A DNA stretch of 64,000 nt from Eledone cirrhosa (taxonomy: Eukaryota): NCBI GenBank assembly GCA_964016885.1, contig OZ024741.1:272552001-272616000 (forward strand). The letters run 5' to 3'. Position numbers and translations under genes: made by a program. Positions within the stretch are counted from its first letter, which is position 1; each line of letters opens with the position of its first letter. Under the pieces are notes generated by a model that had not been told where the DNA came from, ran no database searches, and saw only the letters and a program-made list of their open reading frames with translations. Of this stretch, positions 59,751 to 64,000 are shown in pieces.

Positions 59751-62700
59751 GGACTGCGGAATCCTGGAGAGTGGAAGGGAGAGAAAAATCTGGACGCTCA
59801 GAGCGAAAATGCCAATGCTAAAGTCAAATTCACCTCGTGGACGAGAATGCGAGCACTCTTCTTTGTTTCGCCCGCGGATGGCTAACATAACCCCATCTCC
59901 CCCCGCCCCACACCACCCCCACCCTCCAAACGCGATCCAAAACTTCAGAGTTGGTACCATAAATGTAGGCACCCTAAAGGGGCGCGCTAACGAGGTTGTA
60001 GAAATGCTTGAACGTAAGGAGGTCGATGTTTGTTGTATTCAAGAGACCAGGTGGAGGGGTGGGTCTGCTAGATTCATTGAGGGTAAAAAACGATGTTATA
60101 AGCTTTTCTGGGTGGGAAACGACGATGGGCTGGGTGGAGTAGGAATCATGGTAGCAGAAAAGTGGGCGGATAAGATAATAGACGTAAATAGAGTGAACGA
60201 CAGAATAATTAAAATACGACTTGTCCTCAATAGAACTACGGTGACAGTAATATCTGCGTACGCACCCCAATCCGGACTGCCCGGCACTATAAAAGACAGA
60301 TTCTATGAGAGACTGATGCTCACTACCTCCCAAATATCTGACAGTGACTATATAATTATTGCAGGCGACCTAAATGGTCACGTTGGGCAACATTGTGACG
60401 GCTACGACGAAATCCATGGAGGCTATGGGTTTGGTACTAGAAATGAGGAAGGCTCCAGAATCCTGGAATTCTGTGATGCAAATAACCCAACTATCTGTAA
60501 CACTAACTTCAAAAAACGTGACAATCACCTGATCACCTATAGATCCGGGGAACACACAAGCCAGGTAGATTATATCCTTACCAGAAGACGTGACAGAGTG
60601 TCTGTTGTAAACACTAAATCCCTCCCCCATGAAGAATGCACCTCCCAACATAGACTGATAATTAGCGACCTCATAGTCAGGACGAGACGTACTCGACAGC
60701 AGAAGAGGACTATCCTCAGGAGAAAAATATGGAAGCTAAAGGACCCCACAGCCAAAAATAAATTTCAAAACATATTACTTGATGCTTTCGACAGTAAGGA
60801 AGAACATTTAGAGTCGGACAATATAGAGGGACAGTGGGAATTTCTGAAAGCAAACCTGCTGTTGGCCACAGACGAAGTCTGTGGCTGGAGCAGGCCTGTA
60901 GGCAGGAGGAGAGTAACATGGTGGTGGAACAGTAAGGTGGAGGGGTCAATTAAGGCCAAAAAGCAGGCTTGGAAAGTATGGCGGGATGGGGGAAGTAGAG
61001 TAGACTATCAAGTGGCCAGGAGGGAAGCTAGGAGAGAAGTGTACTTAGCAAGAAGGGAAGCTGAGGAAAGAAAGTTCAAGCATGTCCTACAACGCGATGA
61101 CCAAAAACGTGAGGTGTTCAGGATTGCTAGGCAATGCGTCAAGGAAAACCGTGATATTGTCGGGGAGAAGTGTGTACTTAACGATGATGGCATACTTGCC
61201 ATCACCGACACTGATAAGAAGGTAGCTTGGAAGTGTCACTATGAAAGGCTACTAAATGAGGAGAATAAATGGGAGAAAGACAGTCTCCCCCATGTCGACC
61301 CAATAGAGGGACCAGCAGTGTTAGTCGAGGGGAGTATAATAAGTAAGGCAATCAAGGATATGAAGACAGGTAAGGCGGCTGGGTCTTCGGAAATAGTTGC
61401 TGAGATGCTGAAGGCATCTGGCACGGTGGGACACACCATGGTCACCCGCATAGTTAACCAAGTCGTACAGAATGGGGTTGTTCCGAAGGACTGGCATAGC
61501 AGCATCATCGTTAACTGTTATAAGGGTAAAGGAGACGCCCTAGATAGGAGTAACTATAGAGGCATTAAATTAATCGACCAGGTCATGAAGGTCACAGAAA
61601 AAGTAATAGCGCAACTAATCAGAGAGAGAATTGACCTAGATGAAATGCAGTTCGGGTTTGTGTCAGGCAAAAGTACCACAGACGCTCTTTTCATAGTACG
61701 ACAACTACAGGAAAAGTACCTAGCTAAAGGTAAACCCCTCTACTTAGCTTTTGTCGACTTGGAGAAAGCCTTCGACAGAGTCCCCCGCTCCATTATCTGG
61801 TGGGCTCTTAGAAAACTAGGCGTTGACGAATGGCTTGTGAGGGCTATACAAGCCATGTATAAAGAAACAGTCAGCAAGGTTAGAATTAACAACGAATATA
61901 GTGAAGAGTTTAGCGTAAAAGTTGGCGTCCATCAGGGCTCTGTTCTCAGCCCCCTACTATTTATTATTGCCCTTCAGGCTATAACAGAGGAGTTCAAGAC
62001 AGGCTGCCCATGGGAACTCCTATACGCAGACGACCTGACACTCATAGCGGAATCAATGGCCGAGCTAGAGAAGAAATTCCAAACATGGAAGCACGGCCTA
62101 GAGTCAAAAGGACTTAAAATTAACCTGGCTAAGACCAAAGTTCTAGTTTGTAGGAAAGAAAACAAGGCGGCGGTCCCTTCTGGGAAATGGTCGTGCTCGG
62201 TGTGTAGGAAAGGCGTAGGTAGAAACTCCATTTTGTGTCCTAAATGCAAAGTATGGGTGCATAAAAGATGTAGTGGGATCACAGGTAAGCTAACTAAGAA
62301 CATAGATTTTACATGTGGCCGGTGTTCTGGTGCAATAAGTAGCAGCAAGTGCCCACAAAATACTAGCTCTTTCAATTGCGCAGAGGGTTCTATAGAAATA
62401 GTGGACAGCTTCCGTTACCTGGGCGATAAAATCAGCAGTGGGGGAGGGTGCTCTGAAAGTACTGTAGCTAGAGTCAGAACTGGTTGGAAAAAGTTCAGAG
62501 AGCTTATACCACTATTAGCTGCTAAAGGGTTCTCCCTAAAAATGAAAGGCAGGTTGTACGATGCCTGCATACGAACAGCAATGTTGCATGGCAGTGAGAC
62601 CTGGGCATTGTGTGCAGAGGATATACGCAGACTAGAGAGGAACGAAGCTTGCATGCTCCGCTGGATGTGTAACAGTAATATACGTGAACGGCAAAGCATA

Positions 62701-63356
62701 AACGAACTAAGGAAAAAATTAGAGATAAGAGGGATCAGATGTTGTTTACTCGAGAGAAGGCTACGTTGGTATGGACACGTGATGCGCATGAAAGTCGATA
62801 GCTGTATAACAAAGTGCAGGGCAATAAAGATAGACGGTAGCCACGGAATAGGCAGACCTAGAAAAACCTGGGACGAGCTGATAAACTCCGACCTCACACA
62901 CTTACACCTCTCCAAGACAATGTCACTGGACCGAGACCTTTGGCGGTACTCAGTAACAGAGAAGACCCGCCTTGCCAGTAGGCATCTCTAACAAAATACA
63001 CCCCGTCCCACCACCACCACCCCCACCCCATCCACACCACCCCGTCCTATGTAAAGTTATGTTGGTGCCGCGCCATCCGGGCCGAAACAAATGAGATCGT
63101 GTAGGTGTCACGACAAAAAAACACACAGTCCACGCTGTAATGTGGCCGTGTAGGCAACACGGTAAAAACCTCCCAGACCCACACTGTAAATGTGGTTGGT
63201 GTTAGGAAGGGCATCCAACTGTAGAAGGCCTGCCAGACAGTCCTATGCGAGCAAGACAATCACTCTTGCCTCAAGTGGGACTACCCCCGTCCAAACCCAT
63301 GCAAGCGTGGAACACGGACGTTAAACGTTGATGATGATGATGATGATGATGATGAT
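59751..63356 (+). mobile_element. PHD-RTE LINE copy 8, full-length with an intact ORF (potentially active)
   Basis: Short 5' UTR, a single 1060-aa ORF, ~350-bp 3' UTR and (GAT)n tail. Confidence 0.96.
59809..62991 (+). CDS. RTE-clade LINE ORF: APE endonuclease plus reverse transcriptase with an inserted PHD finger
   Basis: APE motifs [39 protein letters not shown] and SQHRL. RT motifs [36 protein letters not shown] and FRYLG. C-x2-C-x10-C-x2-C-x4-H-x2-C-x14-C-x2-C at 62194-62325. Confidence 0.95.
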   Translation: MPMLKSNSPRGRECEHSSLFRPRMANITPSPPAPHHPHPPNAIQNFRVGTINVGTLKGRANEVVEMLERKEVDVCCIQETRWRGGSARFIEGKKRCYKLFWVGNDDGLGGVGIMVAEKWADKIIDVNRVNDRIIKIRLVLNRTTVTVISAYAPQSGLPGTIKDRFYERLMLTTSQISDSDYIIIAGDLNGHVGQHCDGYDEIHGGYGFGTRNEEGSRILEFCDANNPTICNTNFKKRDNHLITYRSGEHTSQVDYILTRRRDRVSVVNTKSLPHEECTSQHRLIISDLIVRTRRTRQQKRTILRRKIWKLKDPTAKNKFQNILLDAFDSKEEHLESDNIEGQWEFLKANLLLATDEVCGWSRPVGRRRVTWWWNSKVEGSIKAKKQAWKVWRDGGSRVDYQVARREARREVYLARREAEERKFKHVLQRDDQKREVFRIARQCVKENRDIVGEKCVLNDDGILAITDTDKKVAWKCHYERLLNEENKWEKDSLPHVDPIEGPAVLVEGSIISKAIKDMKTGKAAGSSEIVAEMLKASGTVGHTMVTRIVNQVVQNGVVPKDWHSSIIVNCYKGKGDALDRSNYRGIKLIDQVMKVTEKVIAQLIRERIDLDEMQFGFVSGKSTTDALFIVRQLQEKYLAKGKPLYLAFVDLEKAFDRVPRSIIWWALRKLGVDEWLVRAIQAMYKETVSKVRINNEYSEEFSVKVGVHQGSVLSPLLFIIALQAITEEFKTGCPWELLYADDLTLIAESMAELEKKFQTWKHGLESKGLKINLAKTKVLVCRKENKAAVPSGKWSCSVCRKGVGRNSILCPKCKVWVHKRCSGITGKLTKNIDFTCGRCSGAISSSKCPQNTSSFNCAEGSIEIVDSFRYLGDKISSGGGCSESTVARVRTGWKKFRELIPLLAAKGFSLKMKGRLYDACIRTAMLHGSETWALCAEDIRRLERNEACMLRWMCNSNIRERQSINELRKKLEIRGIRCCLLERRLRWYGHVMRMKVDSCITKCRAIKIDGSHGIGRPRKTWDELINSDLTHLHLSKTMSLDRDLWRYSVTEKTRLASRHL

Positions 63357-63603
63357 AAGAATTAAAATACTAGAGTGTGTTGGAGTTAAACACCCTCTGC
63401 ATATTATAGAAATGGCAGTAAAGGTATAGCTCAATGTAATTAAACAGATATAAATAAATATATAAATAAATATATATATATATATATATATAAAAATACA
63501 TATATATATATATAAATACATATATATATATAAATACATATATATATATATAAATACATATATATATATATATATGTATATATATAAATATATATATAAA
63601 TAA

Positions 63604-63636
<33 letters not shown>

Positions 63637-63648
63637 AATATATATATA

Positions 63649-63900
63649 TCATCATCATCATCATCATCACCGTTTTACGTCCGTTCTTCCACGCTAGCAT
63701 GGGTTAGACGGGTTGTCCTGTTGTGGGCAGTGTCTGGTCGGCTGACCATGCCTTGCTCATACAGGAACTGATCTGGCTTGATTTCTACAGCTGGATGCCC
63801 TTCCTAACACCAACCTCATTTACAGTGAGTGCTGGGTGCTTTTTCGTGGCGCCTACACGTCCACTTTACAGTGTGGGCTGGGTGCTTTTTTGCCGTGGCA
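63649..63900 (-). mobile_element. Non-autonomous element with RTE-LINE 3' tail and 48-bp units
   Basis: (CAT)n, cgttttacgtccgttcttccacgctagcatgggttagac, ggatgcccttcctaacaccaacc and repeated units. Confidence 0.75.
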
Positions 63901-64000
63901 CCCCCACGGCCACCTTGCGGTGGGGGGGGGGGCATATTGTTTATATGCTGCAGCATGTACCCATGGGAGGTCGGGTACCCTGTATTACTGCGTGACGCCA

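Noticed and set aside
61974-62915. Recurrent antisense ORFs ([11 protein letters not shown]..., [12 protein letters not shown]...) in the LINE copies
   Set aside because: Antisense shadows of the RT frame, repeated only because the copies are near-identical; no recognisable domain.
59740-63370. Target-site duplication around the full-length LINE
   Set aside because: The flanks ((TA)-rich versus aagaattaaaatac) show no convincing direct repeat.

Overview
AT-rich, repeat-dense animal genomic DNA. The SINE/LINE repertoire and the (TA)n/(GAT)n load suggest a coleoid cephalopod such as Octopus; this is an inference. The window holds one host gene on the + strand, dymeclin (DYM). I reconstructed 15 coding exons from 169 to 55587 (2037 nt, 678 aa) with GT-AG junctions and consistent phases. 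Introns and the 3' flank contain eight copies of an RTE-clade LINE whose reverse transcriptase carries an in-frame C4HC3 PHD finger; one copy has an intact 1060-aa ORF at 59809-62991. Also present are SINEs and a 99-bp satellite sharing that LINE's 3' end, two Tx1/L1-like LINE copies in a (TATC)n tract, a BovB-like RTE with C2H2 fingers, a mariner fossil, Penelope-like fragments, MITEs, fold-back hairpins and large microsatellites. The strongest leads are a complete type I hammerhead ribozyme on the sense strand of DYM intron 11 (38421-38501), the PHD finger inside the LINE RT, and a 5'-3' complementary panhandle in that LINE's RNA. No database searches or folding computations were run.
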